From: a virus
Length of the DNA stretch: 64,000 nt
Reading direction: 5' to 3' (one strand)
IMG/VR virus record: IMGVR_UViG_3300029121_000001
Of this stretch, positions 25,873-36,377 are shown piece after piece. The notes under the pieces are model-generated. The model did not search any database, was not told the origin of the DNA, and saw only the letters and a program-made list of their open reading frames with translations. The position numbers and the translations under genes are program-made. The first letter of the stretch is position 1. Each line of letters begins with the position of its first letter.

Positions 25873-26700
25873 TTATTCTTCCTCCTTTATCTTAGAATCA
25901 TCAAGAAAATAAATTGCTTGAATCATCTGATTATCTTGATTCTGTGGTATCTGTTTTACTTCTTCCACAGTGGGAAGAGTATACATATTATCTCTAATCA
26001 TATCTATTCTGTTAGACATTGATTTACTAAATTGATCAAGTTGAGGAACTTGATATGCACCTTCCGGATCTAAGTAAATATTAGACTGAGATAGTAACAT
26101 ATTTTGTTCATCTGGATTAAATGACTTTTCATGAGCTTCTATTTCTTCAATAGTTTCTTTATCAGAAGGATCCATATATTGCCCATATTCTTTGATAAAT
26201 AGATCATATCTACCAAATACTTTAGATGGTGGAATAAATAAATATCCATTATGAACAAGCTCATGTTCTGTAGAAGAAAGAGGATATAATCCTACGATAC
26301 ATCTATAATGACAAGCCATTACTTCTTTAGCAACCATTTCGATAGAAAGATCTTCATGATTAGCAAGTCTTTTTTCATATACTATTCGTACAATATCTTC
26401 TAGTACAAATGGAGTATGATGAATTTCAATTTTCACATGTTTACTATCATTATTAGTAATATCAGGATTAAGTCCAGATCGATCCATTCCACAATATTCT
26501 TTAAGATATCTAACCATTGCTCTATATTCAAAAGAGCCACGTACTTCAGCCTTTATATCTTTGACGTATCTACCAAAGTCTTTAGGATTAGAAAGATCAT
26601 AATCTTCTTGATCATAATCAGGTAATTGGCCAATGTGAAATGTTTTACCAGAACTATCTCTGATATCATCAATTTTGATAAGATTAACAGGATTAATCAT
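25873..26700 (-). CDS. hypothetical protein, HH-motif family (paralogue of 50686..51552)
   Basis: VKIEIHHTPF...STEHELVHNGYLFIP aligns with ANIEMHHNFL...SETVHQLYHDTPDFYIP. SD GAGAGGGGA. Confidence 0.75.
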   Translation of the reverse strand: MINPVNLIKIDDIRDSSGKTFHIGQLPDYDQEDYDLSNPKDFGRYVKDIKAEVRGSFEYRAMVRYLKEYCGMDRSGLNPDITNNDSKHVKIEIHHTPFVLEDIVRIVYEKRLANHEDLSIEMVAKEVMACHYRCIVGLYPLSSTEHELVHNGYLFIPPSKVFGRYDLFIKEYGQYMDPSDKETIEEIEAHEKSFNPDEQNMLLSQSNIYLDPEGAYQVPQLDQFSKSMSNRIDMIRDNMYTLPTVEEVKQIPQNQDNQMIQAIYFLDDSKIKEEE

Positions 26701-26836
26701 ATGATAAATCCCCTCTCGATCATTATAATTTAGTTGATTTTGAATATAATTAATTCATGCTTTTAATTAGATATTATAAAAGTGAAGATCAATTGTATCT
26801 TCATAAAATCTTTATAAAAAGAAAGGATGTAGTATT

Positions 26837-27772
26837 ATGGAATTTACTACAACGACTGTCAAAAAGGATTTTATTTTCAAGATCATCAATGATGAGATTT
26901 GCGTTCCTTCTAAAGAGATGCGCAAGATTTTCAATGATGATTGGCCGCATGTCACATCGTATGAGATTTATAATCTCATTACATTGTCTATGCATCCCAT
27001 GGCAACTAAGATTAAGATGCTTACTAATCTGGCTAAATTTGTTAATGACGAATTTAGAACTAAGATTAAGGCATATATCACATGCCGTAAGTACGAATAT
27101 AATCTTATCAAAAATAAATCTTCTAAAGGTGTGAAGTTTGTGTATAATGTCTATTCAATGAATTATCATAAGCCTCATAGTGACCAATGCTTTGAAGAGA
27201 TGAGCAATTGTCAAGGCCAGTGCAATAGTTTTATTGGCACTGCTAACAGTGTTGATTCTGCCCGTGCTATGATCATCCTTGATCACGAATCTTATCGAGA
27301 AGATGAAGAAAGAGGATATAATCCTTACTATAACCTGTATTATATGGTCTCTAAGACATTATTGTTCGATGAAAAGTGCAAAGATATTGATTGCTCTTAT
27401 TCTTATGGAGATCTTTACTTCGATAAAAATGGTAATATGGTTGACATCTTCATTCATGATTACATGATTGATGCAGATTACAATAAATATCCTATTATCG
27501 AACTTGAAGACGATGTTGGTCCTATCCATGATGATGGAGTTTCTAAGATCAATGGCATTGATAAATTCGCAAAGGATAAAAAGGTGAAGATTCATAATAG
27601 CCTTTATACCAGAGGCCTTTGTGATGCTACTGAAAAGTATGGATATATCATTGGCTATCTTGATAAGACTATTTCCAATCCTTATTGTAGCCTTCGCGAT
27701 AGTAACAGTAAAGAAGCAAAGCATGATGCAATGCCTATTCAGTATATTGATATTGTAAGAAAGGATGATTAA
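26837..27772 (+). CDS. hypothetical protein
   Basis: 311-aa ORF, first gene after the strand switch. SD AAAGGA. Confidence 0.75.
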   Translation: MEFTTTTVKKDFIFKIINDEICVPSKEMRKIFNDDWPHVTSYEIYNLITLSMHPMATKIKMLTNLAKFVNDEFRTKIKAYITCRKYEYNLIKNKSSKGVKFVYNVYSMNYHKPHSDQCFEEMSNCQGQCNSFIGTANSVDSARAMIILDHESYREDEERGYNPYYNLYYMVSKTLLFDEKCKDIDCSYSYGDLYFDKNGNMVDIFIHDYMIDADYNKYPIIELEDDVGPIHDDGVSKINGIDKFAKDKKVKIHNSLYTRGLCDATEKYGYIIGYLDKTISNPYCSLRDSNSKEAKHDAMPIQYIDIVRKDD

Positions 27773-27775
27773 ACA

Positions 27776-28792
27776 ATGAGTGTGAGTGTTAATAGGAAGG
27801 ATTTCATCAATTCTATTATTGATAATAATAAATTGATGAGCGCTACTATGCAGCAATGGTGCATTGGTGAAAAAGGAAAGAAGATTCTTAATAGTCTGGA
27901 AAAATTTTATACCACTACTATGAATGATAGAGTGTTGTTTTATATCATTCGCTATGGTGGTATTTCTGTTGAAGAAAAAGTATCGCTTCTTAATAGACTT
28001 AAGAAATTTACCGATGATAAAGAAGTACTGAACAATATTCAGCAGTATGAAAACAATAAGAAAGAAGTTGATAAAGCAATTTGTGAAGGTCAAGCTCCTG
28101 AATTTATCTTTAATATGTATTGGGGTAATAAGTTTGAGACTAATAAATACCTCAATCATCTTCATGATTGGTATGAAGGAACTTTTATTTCTTTCGATGA
28201 AGCAGTAAAGTTTATTAAAGCATGTTCAAATGATCTTTCTAAAGATGATCATGAAGCTGCTGATAACACAATCCATATCGTTACTAAAGATAAATTGTTA
28301 GATTCAACTGCTAGTTCAAACGATTTGCTTAGATATGGATTTATAACTCTTAATGGATTTGGAGAAGTTTTATCTGTTAATGCAAGTCGTGAATGGGTAA
28401 ATCATAATCATCCATTTGATGAGTTAGGAAAGAGCGTTATTTTTCATCATCCATTTAAACCTACTATGGTTGTTAAGCCGCTTTATTGTGAACTTAATGA
28501 ACCTATCATGAATAATTCTTATATCTGCTTCGTTCGCAGAATGAATTGTAATGATATTGATAGAGATAGATTTGGAATTTATATTACAGTATATGATCGC
28601 GATAATAAAGGATTCTATGATCTTCCTGGTAGAATGAATCCTTTTATGTTTGATATCATGAGCGATTGCACATATGTAGATGATGCTAATCTATATGATT
28701 TCATCAAAAAGTATCAGGATAATAATAAATTTCAAGATCGCGAATATACTCTTACGGATCTTCTTAATGCTGCAATTGATTTGAAAGGATGA
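27776..28792 (+). CDS. hypothetical protein (N-terminal region weakly similar to 26837..27772)
   Basis: 338-aa ORF, SD AAGGATGA. Confidence 0.75.
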   Translation: MSVSVNRKDFINSIIDNNKLMSATMQQWCIGEKGKKILNSLEKFYTTTMNDRVLFYIIRYGGISVEEKVSLLNRLKKFTDDKEVLNNIQQYENNKKEVDKAICEGQAPEFIFNMYWGNKFETNKYLNHLHDWYEGTFISFDEAVKFIKACSNDLSKDDHEAADNTIHIVTKDKLLDSTASSNDLLRYGFITLNGFGEVLSVNASREWVNHNHPFDELGKSVIFHHPFKPTMVVKPLYCELNEPIMNNSYICFVRRMNCNDIDRDRFGIYITVYDRDNKGFYDLPGRMNPFMFDIMSDCTYVDDANLYDFIKKYQDNNKFQDREYTLTDLLNAAIDLKG

Positions 28793-28796
28793 TTAA

Positions 28797-29093
28797 ATGC
28801 CATCTACAGAAGAATTGCTTCAGTTGTTTGAAGCTGCGAAGCTTTGGGTTGGAACATGTGGGTTAGTAGGAAAGAAATATTCTATTGGTGTTAATATGTT
28901 TTATTATCCCAATGGAGCAAAACAGGCAGTATTTCTTGTTCCTACAAACTATAGATCTTTGCTTATTGCAAAGAATAGTTTAAATACACTACAGTCATGT
29001 ATCTATTTTAATACAGGGTATTACTATCCATTTGTAATAATCCCTGTTGATCCTGCAGAATATAGATTAGTATCTATAGAAGTTACCAAATAA
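28797..29093 (+). CDS. hypothetical protein
   Basis: 98-aa ORF, SD GAAAGGATGA. Confidence 0.7.
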   Translation: MPSTEELLQLFEAAKLWVGTCGLVGKKYSIGVNMFYYPNGAKQAVFLVPTNYRSLLIAKNSLNTLQSCIYFNTGYYYPFVIIPVDPAEYRLVSIEVTK

Positions 29094-29099
29094 GAAAGG

Positions 29100-29396
29100 A
29101 TGAATAAAATGAAAAACAAGTCTACTAATCACAAGAAGAAACTCCTTACCATCATCAAGAGTGAATGTGATGAGGGTAAGAAAGCACCTCTGACCTATCG
29201 TGATGGATACTATATCGATTATGTACCTAAGGCAAAATCTCGTCTTCGTAATGAAGTTGAGAGCTTTACCGTTGTTTTCTCTAATAAGCAGAATCGTAGC
29301 CCTATTGAAATCGTATGCAACGCTCTTTGGATTGGTAGAGGAAAGAATGCTCTCCATAGAGTAGAAGATATTGAAAACAAATGGAGTTGCAAGTAA
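29100..29396 (+). CDS. hypothetical basic protein
   Basis: 98-aa ORF, tightly packed in the plus-strand operon. Confidence 0.65.
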   Translation: MNKMKNKSTNHKKKLLTIIKSECDEGKKAPLTYRDGYYIDYVPKAKSRLRNEVESFTVVFSNKQNRSPIEIVCNALWIGRGKNALHRVEDIENKWSCK

Positions 29397-29408
29397 GGAG
29401 GATTTATT

Positions 29409-29657
29409 ATGAGCATTGCTAATTTGATTCTTTGTGCAATCGGTATCTTCCTTGGAGGATTGTTGGTCGTCCTTTTTGGCGCACATTTCCTTGCAAACTG
29501 GATTAAACCTTTGAGATACTTCGAATGCAACATTATTGGTTGGCATTGCTGGAGATCTCAGAGACAGTATACCTATAATGATGGATGCTCTAATCACTGC
29601 ATCTGCCCTTGGTGTGGTAAGGATTGCATGGAAGACAGTCAGGGTAATATCTTTTGA
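29409..29657 (+). CDS. small membrane protein with a Cys-rich C-terminus
   Basis: SD AAGGAGGA. TM helix IANLILCAIGIFLGGLLVVLFGA, then a W/C-rich tail with CPWCG. Confidence 0.7.
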   Translation: MSIANLILCAIGIFLGGLLVVLFGAHFLANWIKPLRYFECNIIGWHCWRSQRQYTYNDGCSNHCICPWCGKDCMEDSQGNIF

Positions 29658-29669
29658 GGTGTTGAATTT

Positions 29670-29885
29670 ATGTATGAGTCTCCGATGAGCATTTATATCA
29701 AGAAATATTATCTTGATACATTTGGATTTGCATTGTATCTTTTATATGCTGATAGGCTGATGAAAGAATTAGTTGATATGGGGTATCCCGAATGTTTACT
29801 GATCCCTATCAAAAAGCGTACGCAAAAAGATTATGAATATATCAAGTTTGTCTCTCAATTAGGTAAAAAGGAAGGAATGTCTTAA
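29670..29885 (+). CDS. hypothetical protein
   Basis: 71-aa ORF, SD GAGGTG. Confidence 0.65.
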   Translation: MYESPMSIYIKKYYLDTFGFALYLLYADRLMKELVDMGYPECLLIPIKKRTQKDYEYIKFVSQLGKKEGMS

Positions 29886-29887
29886 TT

Positions 29888-30175
29888 ATGATTACTGGTT
29901 CATTCTTGCTGTTCCCTACTAAGGGTAAGTCCGAAGAAGAAATTCAGAAGCGGATTGAGGAGCTTTCTAAGCTTGCTAAATACAAAGACAACATCTTCTA
30001 TACAGTTTTCAGTGATGCTTCTACTGAAGACGATTATAACAACATGATGGTTCTTTATGCAATGAATTGCAAAGATGTTGTTGTCGGCAAGGAATATAAG
30101 GATGATATGATGTGCAGAATCGCGTTTGATATCGTCCTCAATCGTGAGGACGAGCATCAGTTCGTATTCGAATAA
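29888..30175 (+). CDS. hypothetical protein
   Basis: 95-aa ORF, SD AAAGGAAGGA. Confidence 0.7.
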   Translation: MITGSFLLFPTKGKSEEEIQKRIEELSKLAKYKDNIFYTVFSDASTEDDYNNMMVLYAMNCKDVVVGKEYKDDMMCRIAFDIVLNREDEHQFVFE

Positions 30176-30182
30176 TTAAAAG

Positions 30183-30220
30183 TCCCGGTAGGAGAAAATC
30201 CTACCGGGATTTATTTTTTT
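30183..30220 (+). terminator. rho-independent terminator (between convergent genes)
   Basis: TCCCGGTAGGA-gaaaa-TCCTACCGGGA followed by TTTATTTTTTT. Confidence 0.85.
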
Positions 30221-33200
30221 ACAGTTGACTATCGTCGTAAGGAATTCCTGCTATATCTTTAATAGATCTATCGAGTTCTACCATAAGTTTAGAAGTTGCT
30301 GCAAATAGAGGAATAGAACATGTCATACGTCCAGAGATAGAACTTAGAGACATGAAACTGTCAATATGCTCATTGGGTCTGAAAGATGTATAAGGTTCTT
30401 GATCCTTAGGAATAATCTTTTTAATAATACCCTTATTTGCAGAATAGAACGTAATCTTATCACCGGCAGACATAGTATCTTTATGCTTAATATAATAAAC
30501 AACAAGAACTGCGTCATCGATATTTTTAGTTTTACCAACTTCAGGAACTTTACCAGTTTTAGGCAGAATAGCAGAATCGATATTGTATTTGTCGTATACC
30601 TTCTTAGTGGCTTTGACTTTCTTTTCATAAGTACCAACAAACTTACGAAGAGATTCAGACATTTCATCTTCACTACAAGTGCGATAAATCTGAATATCAC
30701 AGACAATTCCGGTATACTTAGATTTAACAGGGTTACGACCTAGTTCAGAAATTTCACCAGCATCCATTGCTAGGTTCTTAAGAAGAGTATTCATCGCTTC
30801 GTCATCAAAGTCAGCTTGATAAGTAAATAGAGTATCACCCTCAATAACATGATCACCGATCATTTTATAGACAGCAATATTAGATCCTTTTTCAAGCTTA
30901 GTTTCAATGCCTTGAATAACATCAGTACCCATCTTATTAGCAAAAGATTCTGTAATCATAGCAGAGTCTTCAAATCCTTCATCTGTATTAATAATAGCAA
31001 CTTTTGCAAGTGTGCCCATATTAGCAGCAAGATTACCAGATTCACCAAGAGATTTAGAGAAAGATAGTTTATCATATGCAATAACTTGACCAGCCTTAAA
31101 AGATTTACCTTCTGCAAGATCTGTATCAAGTTTCATAGGTACATAATAACCACCATCAGAGTTTTTCTTAACCTCTTCGCAGAGGTCAATATACTCATGC
31201 TTGCCACTCTTATATTCGACAACCATGTAATTTTTCTTACCAAATCCCTCTTGAACAAGTTCTACAATTTTACCATCTTCTTTTGCTTTATAAGCAAAGA
31301 TGTCAGAGGTAAGATAAGGTAGAGCTTCATCTGCACCAGTAGTAATAAGCGTAGGATCATTATTGTCACAACGAATCATATGCTTAGAAGTCTGGACATA
31401 TGTCATTAGAGATCTAGGAGGATCATCATGGGTTGTTCCAAGAGGAGTAACAGCTTCAGTGATAGTAAAGGAAGAAGCAGAAGACAATTTATCAGTATTG
31501 CCATCAATTGTTTTAACAAATCCTCTACCACCTTCAATATTAGCATTAACAGTTGCCTGACGATTAATACCAACGTTACCAGAGAATCCAGTATCCATAC
31601 CAAGGACATTTAGCATGGAATCGTCATACCCACGTGTAGCAATAGTATAACCACGAGCAACATTCATACCAACTAGACCTTTGTTAGTAACAGAGTTTGC
31701 ACACTCGACGTCATTAAGAGCATTATTAACAGAAAGGTCAGAAGTAGCAGGATCTTTAGAAACAATTAGATCAATAACAGCAGATTGTTTAATTGTCATC
31801 TTAGTTCTCTTACGAGTATGACGATTCTGGTTAGCATAATCTTGATAAGAAGTAGTAAGAGCTTTGTAGAAATAGCCAGCAATAAGCTCTTTACGACGCC
31901 ATCTACGACCTCCTTGATCAATATGACGTACATACTTATTATCTGCAAGCATATTACTTGCATGAATTAGTACACCAACGTAATCACTAGGAAGTTTAAA
32001 ACGTTCAAGAATTTCCTTAGTAATAGGATCAATCATACAGTCATAAGAGTTTTCTAGACCATCAGCATTAAGACTATTGGTATAATTTTCAAGAAATTCA
32101 AGGTACATTCTTCTATTATTTACATCCTTAATCGAATAAGAAGATGTATCATTTTCCTTGATACCATTCATAAGCATAGTAGAAGAATAGTTGACATCAT
32201 ATACAAGATATCCATCAGAAAATTCAATATAATCTTTATCCATATTATATTTCAAATCTTTATCCATATCTTGTACAAATTCATATTTGATTCCTGCTTT
32301 ATTCATAGTTTTTACTAGACCTTCTAGGTAAGCACAAACAATGACAACAGGAATTTCACAATTCAGAATACTTGCTTTAGAATAAGTACAACGAGTTCCA
32401 GTAATCTTAGTACTGTTATAGAAGTCCATATAATCTTTAGATCTATAGAATAGAATCTCAGTAATATATGCTGCTAATGTAGATCTAGTTCCATCATAAT
32501 AGATGATAGTATCTTTGCCACTCTTAGATTTTTCATCAAAGATAGTAAAGACACCAATAGGAACACCCTTAGTATCATCAACTTCATATTCACTTCTAAG
32601 CTCATCTTGGTTAAAGAATATTTTCAAACCAGTGGCTTCAATAGAGTTAAATACTTGTGCAAGATCGATATAGTCTATAGGCAATTCATACTTGGTACAA
32701 ACTTTAGTATTATCGCCAGCGACAAATGTGATATCATTATGCTTATCACAATATTTACCTAGTGTTCTAATAAGCTTATTTGTATAAGGATTAGATTGTC
32801 CCTTACGAGAACCGAATCGTCTAACAAATATCTTATTATAACCACCGGAGCCAATGATCTGACATTCTCCAAGTCCAGTCTTAATTATAGGAAGTAGCGC
32901 AGACTGAATCATCAGAGTCTTTTCATTACCACGAAGCTTTAAGAAATTAGATCCATTGATAAACTTAGGAATATCAATTTTAAGTGTAAATTTAGTTTTC
33001 TTATAATCTACACAACTAATAGTCCATAGATCCAAGACATCTTCAGAAGAAGAATTATCTTTGACATCAATATTGTCAACTGCAACAGGATAAGTCCAGT
33101 GTTGCATAGAATCTAGCATCTTGATGATATCACTATCAGGATCATAATCCTTATCAAAGTTCATAAAGGTCATATGCTCCCAATCATCATTAATAGAAGC

Positions 33201-36200
33201 AACCTTTAGTTTAGTTTCAGGAAGTTCCTTTTCTGCTATATCAACAGTTAGGAGTTCTTTAACAGATTTACCGTCAACTTCCTTTTTATGGAATTCTTCT
33301 TGTTTAGCAACAACAGTAGAAGACTGAGTCTTATCAACTCTAATATTCTCTTCAGTATCTTGTTGCACAGCAACGATCATTTCCTTAAATTCTTCTGTAT
33401 TAAGTTTATCAGTTGCAGTATCCTCACTATCAGAAGTTTCAGCTGCTTTTACAACAGCATCGACAATAGCATCTTTCTTTTCTTTATCAGAAGTACTATT
33501 GGCAGATTTGGTGCCAGATACACCAGTATCTTCCTTGTTATCTTCTTTGGTAACTTCCTTTTCTTTTACTTCAACTTTAGCTACAGTCTTCTTTGTAGAC
33601 TTAGCATAATTAGTTTGAGTAACATTAGAAGCAACCTTAGAAGGATCCGCAACTACTTTCTTTTTTACAGCAACATTTACAGATCCAGGAACTCCATCCT
33701 TATAGATATTAGCACTTGTAGAAAGTTTTTCAATCTTAGAAACGTCATTGATTTGAACATTCTGAGATTGTTCAACTTTATCAATTATAGACAATGCAAT
33801 ACCCTTAGGAGAATCTTCAAGTTCACCTTCAGGATCAGGATCTGCGGGAGAATTATATCCAAGATTAATGATTCTCTTAGTAAGTTGAAGAAACTTAGTT
33901 ACATTAGCAGACTTAGTGAAATCATCTTTTGCAAAATTAATCTTGAAATAATTCTTAGCACCGAGAAAAACAATATCCTTATCACCAAAGATCTTCTTAA
34001 GAGTTCTGACATCATTCTTCATATAATAATAGATGACAGAGATAGGATTGATATCCTGCTTATACATCCACATTTTCTGAGATTCATTATGATGCCAATC
34101 AAGAACAGGAATAAAGACAGTTTTCTTAGAATAGTTACTCAAAGAATCATCGTTGAGTAAACGTTCCATCAATTCAATATATGTCTTAAACAGACGCATG
34201 ACATTATTTCTATCATCGTCATTAATTTGAGACATATTTCTAAAGAAAGATTCATTATAGAAAGATAGATCATAGAAGAGATTACGATTATTATATCTAG
34301 AAAGTTTTACAAATGTATATCTGATAAAAGGCATATCTGCTTTTATCTTTTTATACATATTCAAGACATCTTTATCGTTTCTCATTCTGTCTTTATATAA
34401 TGCTTTACGAAGTTGAGCATCATACTTAGCAGAATCTTCAAACAGATAAACTATTCCACCTTCATTGATATAATCTTTCTGAGACCACTGATCTAATGTA
34501 TTACCAGTAAAAGACTCAGCAGTAGTTTCAGGTTCTGCATCTGGAGCAGTTTCAGGAATACCAATTTTTTGTAGAGATAAAGCTTCTCCCTTATCAGAAT
34601 CATTGGTACCACGTTCAAGATCTCTTCTAAGTTTATTGAGTTTATATATTGTCTTACTTTTAAAACGTCTTTTAAGTCTATCTCCCATAGTACTTATCCT
34701 TTTAAGACTATCAGGAGTAGGATCTGGAATAGGAATATCTTCCTCATTTAAATTACTAATGTAATCAACTTCTTCTCTAATAGCTTTCATGAAATCATTA
34801 CGACTATTAAAGAAGTCATTCATTCCATATTGCTTACCATATTCTTTTGCATATTCATAGATAGCAACAGTATCATTGTAAGCAAGAATTCTAGTAAACT
34901 GATCAATTCCATCGGTATCGATAATATACTGAAATACACGTTCTAGATTAAACTGATCATCTCTATCTCTCTTAGCGATTTCTCCATCGGCAATACCAGA
35001 TAGAAGAATAGCTGCAGGTTCAGCTAGAGTATGCATGACTCTATTATATTTACTACCAACAGGAGTTTTAATAGTATAAATAGCATAGAGTTGAAAGATA
35101 TAAGCAATATAATCTTTATAATCGAATTGAGCACCAGTTCTATAGAAAGCGCCAGGCGTATAAACTAAAAGAGATGTTTCAGTAAAAGATTCAGGTGCCT
35201 GATGATCACTACAACAAATGACATTGATTTTGTCATTAGGCATTCTCTTATTCAATCTTCTGAAACATTCTTTTACATATTTTTGATTAACAAACTTTTG
35301 AACCAGTTGAATATCTCTTTCATAGCCTGTAAATGTAATAAGAGTAAATTCCTTATTCATTTTACGATTTGCTGTAGGGAGAGCAGTTTGACTCATGAAA
35401 TTAGATACTCTAAATTCATTAAAATATTCTTCCTCAGTAAATTCTCTTAGAGTCTTTTTAGACCCTCTTACAAATATAGTATCAAAATCATCTTTATGAA
35501 TACTATATCCAGGCCCCAGAACTGCTTTTACTTCATCACAGATAGCATCAATTTGTTCTTTAGGATATTTACCAAGGCATAGATCATCTGTACCATCAAT
35601 AAATTTCTTAGATCCAAAAGGTCCATTTGCAGTAATTTTGCATGTATGAAATTTATTCTTAATAGTATCAGTAATTGCGTTAACTAGCATTTCACGATAC
35701 TTATAAGGATCCATATCTTGTTCATGAACAGCTTTAGAAGCAAGGCCAGATTTTTCCCAATATGGCTTAAATCTATTGCCATCGCCTACATGAACTTGAT
35801 CAGCCATATCATACTCTTTAATCTTCTTAATGATATTCTTTGCAAGTTCAGCCTCATATTCTTTTTCTACATGATTAAAGAATCTAATAGCAGCAAGAAC
35901 ATGTGCTTCATCATTAAGAGGATATCTACGCTGTTTAGGTAAACCAAATTCACTATCATCTAGCTGTTTTCTCTCAGAAGAAGTCAATTCAACTTCAAAT
36001 AGATATTGGCCAGGATCACCAATATCAATAACAGATTCATTTTGCTGCTTAATATATCTTGTAATACTTTTCTCTACATAATACGATTCAAAGGTTCTTC
36101 TATTAATAACATAAGGTTCAGTCATTGCAAGCATAGAAGACTGATAGTTTGGTGTCAATAGCATAATAGCAGAACCATGACGTTTGTCTTTTAGATTTAT

Positions 36201-36260
36201 AGGAAGAAAGAATTGTTTCTTATAGATCATCAAATCTTTCAGATCATTGAGTACAACCAT
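30219..36260 (-). CDS. giant protein: about 1000-aa N-terminal region of unknown function fused to a multisubunit RNA polymerase beta-like module
   Basis: The C-terminal half carries beta signatures. NALNDVECANSVTNKGLVGMN...GFSGNVGINRQ resembles NPLSE..H.RR.SALGPGGL...PEGPNIGL. THDDPPRSLMTYVQTSKHM resembles EHDDANRALMGANMQRQ. NTDEGFEDSAMITE resembles NGYNFEDSILISE. SD AAGGAGG. Confidence 0.8.
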   Translation of the reverse strand: MVVLNDLKDLMIYKKQFFLPINLKDKRHGSAIMLLTPNYQSSMLAMTEPYVINRRTFESYYVEKSITRYIKQQNESVIDIGDPGQYLFEVELTSSERKQLDDSEFGLPKQRRYPLNDEAHVLAAIRFFNHVEKEYEAELAKNIIKKIKEYDMADQVHVGDGNRFKPYWEKSGLASKAVHEQDMDPYKYREMLVNAITDTIKNKFHTCKITANGPFGSKKFIDGTDDLCLGKYPKEQIDAICDEVKAVLGPGYSIHKDDFDTIFVRGSKKTLREFTEEEYFNEFRVSNFMSQTALPTANRKMNKEFTLITFTGYERDIQLVQKFVNQKYVKECFRRLNKRMPNDKINVICCSDHQAPESFTETSLLVYTPGAFYRTGAQFDYKDYIAYIFQLYAIYTIKTPVGSKYNRVMHTLAEPAAILLSGIADGEIAKRDRDDQFNLERVFQYIIDTDGIDQFTRILAYNDTVAIYEYAKEYGKQYGMNDFFNSRNDFMKAIREEVDYISNLNEEDIPIPDPTPDSLKRISTMGDRLKRRFKSKTIYKLNKLRRDLERGTNDSDKGEALSLQKIGIPETAPDAEPETTAESFTGNTLDQWSQKDYINEGGIVYLFEDSAKYDAQLRKALYKDRMRNDKDVLNMYKKIKADMPFIRYTFVKLSRYNNRNLFYDLSFYNESFFRNMSQINDDDRNNVMRLFKTYIELMERLLNDDSLSNYSKKTVFIPVLDWHHNESQKMWMYKQDINPISVIYYYMKNDVRTLKKIFGDKDIVFLGAKNYFKINFAKDDFTKSANVTKFLQLTKRIINLGYNSPADPDPEGELEDSPKGIALSIIDKVEQSQNVQINDVSKIEKLSTSANIYKDGVPGSVNVAVKKKVVADPSKVASNVTQTNYAKSTKKTVAKVEVKEKEVTKEDNKEDTGVSGTKSANSTSDKEKKDAIVDAVVKAAETSDSEDTATDKLNTEEFKEMIVAVQQDTEENIRVDKTQSSTVVAKQEEFHKKEVDGKSVKELLTVDIAEKELPETKLKVASINDDWEHMTFMNFDKDYDPDSDIIKMLDSMQHWTYPVAVDNIDVKDNSSSEDVLDLWTISCVDYKKTKFTLKIDIPKFINGSNFLKLRGNEKTLMIQSALLPIIKTGLGECQIIGSGGYNKIFVRRFGSRKGQSNPYTNKLIRTLGKYCDKHNDITFVAGDNTKVCTKYELPIDYIDLAQVFNSIEATGLKIFFNQDELRSEYEVDDTKGVPIGVFTIFDEKSKSGKDTIIYYDGTRSTLAAYITEILFYRSKDYMDFYNSTKITGTRCTYSKASILNCEIPVVIVCAYLEGLVKTMNKAGIKYEFVQDMDKDLKYNMDKDYIEFSDGYLVYDVNYSSTMLMNGIKENDTSSYSIKDVNNRRMYLEFLENYTNSLNADGLENSYDCMIDPITKEILERFKLPSDYVGVLIHASNMLADNKYVRHIDQGGRRWRRKELIAGYFYKALTTSYQDYANQNRHTRKRTKMTIKQSAVIDLIVSKDPATSDLSVNNALNDVECANSVTNKGLVGMNVARGYTIATRGYDDSMLNVLGMDTGFSGNVGINRQATVNANIEGGRGFVKTIDGNTDKLSSASSFTITEAVTPLGTTHDDPPRSLMTYVQTSKHMIRCDNNDPTLITTGADEALPYLTSDIFAYKAKEDGKIVELVQEGFGKKNYMVVEYKSGKHEYIDLCEEVKKNSDGGYYVPMKLDTDLAEGKSFKAGQVIAYDKLSFSKSLGESGNLAANMGTLAKVAIINTDEGFEDSAMITESFANKMGTDVIQGIETKLEKGSNIAVYKMIGDHVIEGDTLFTYQADFDDEAMNTLLKNLAMDAGEISELGRNPVKSKYTGIVCDIQIYRTCSEDEMSESLRKFVGTYEKKVKATKKVYDKYNIDSAILPKTGKVPEVGKTKNIDDAVLVVYYIKHKDTMSAGDKITFYSANKGIIKKIIPKDQEPYTSFRPNEHIDSFMSLSSISGRMTCSIPLFAATSKLMVELDRSIKDIAGIPYDDSQL

Positions 36261-36377
36261 TTACATTTACCTCCTTGAATATGATTATAGTAGTGTTCAA
36301 CTTGACCATTTTTAAGGATTTTAGAGAATACTTACTTCTGAAACTTTCATATAAAACTATGAAAAGGAGAAATGAGT

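Noticed and set aside
27359-28165. 268-aa minus-strand ORF. Similar long antisense ORFs occur at 4291..4791, 10986..11480, 24597..25298, 29067..29597, 33288..34160, 43396..43908, 45011..45733 and 46717..47223.
   Set aside because: All lie antisense to better ORFs that have SD sites and recognisable or well-behaved proteins. Their products are I/L/F/N/S-rich low-complexity strings, typical of the reverse frame of AT-rich coding DNA, and they lack SD sequences.
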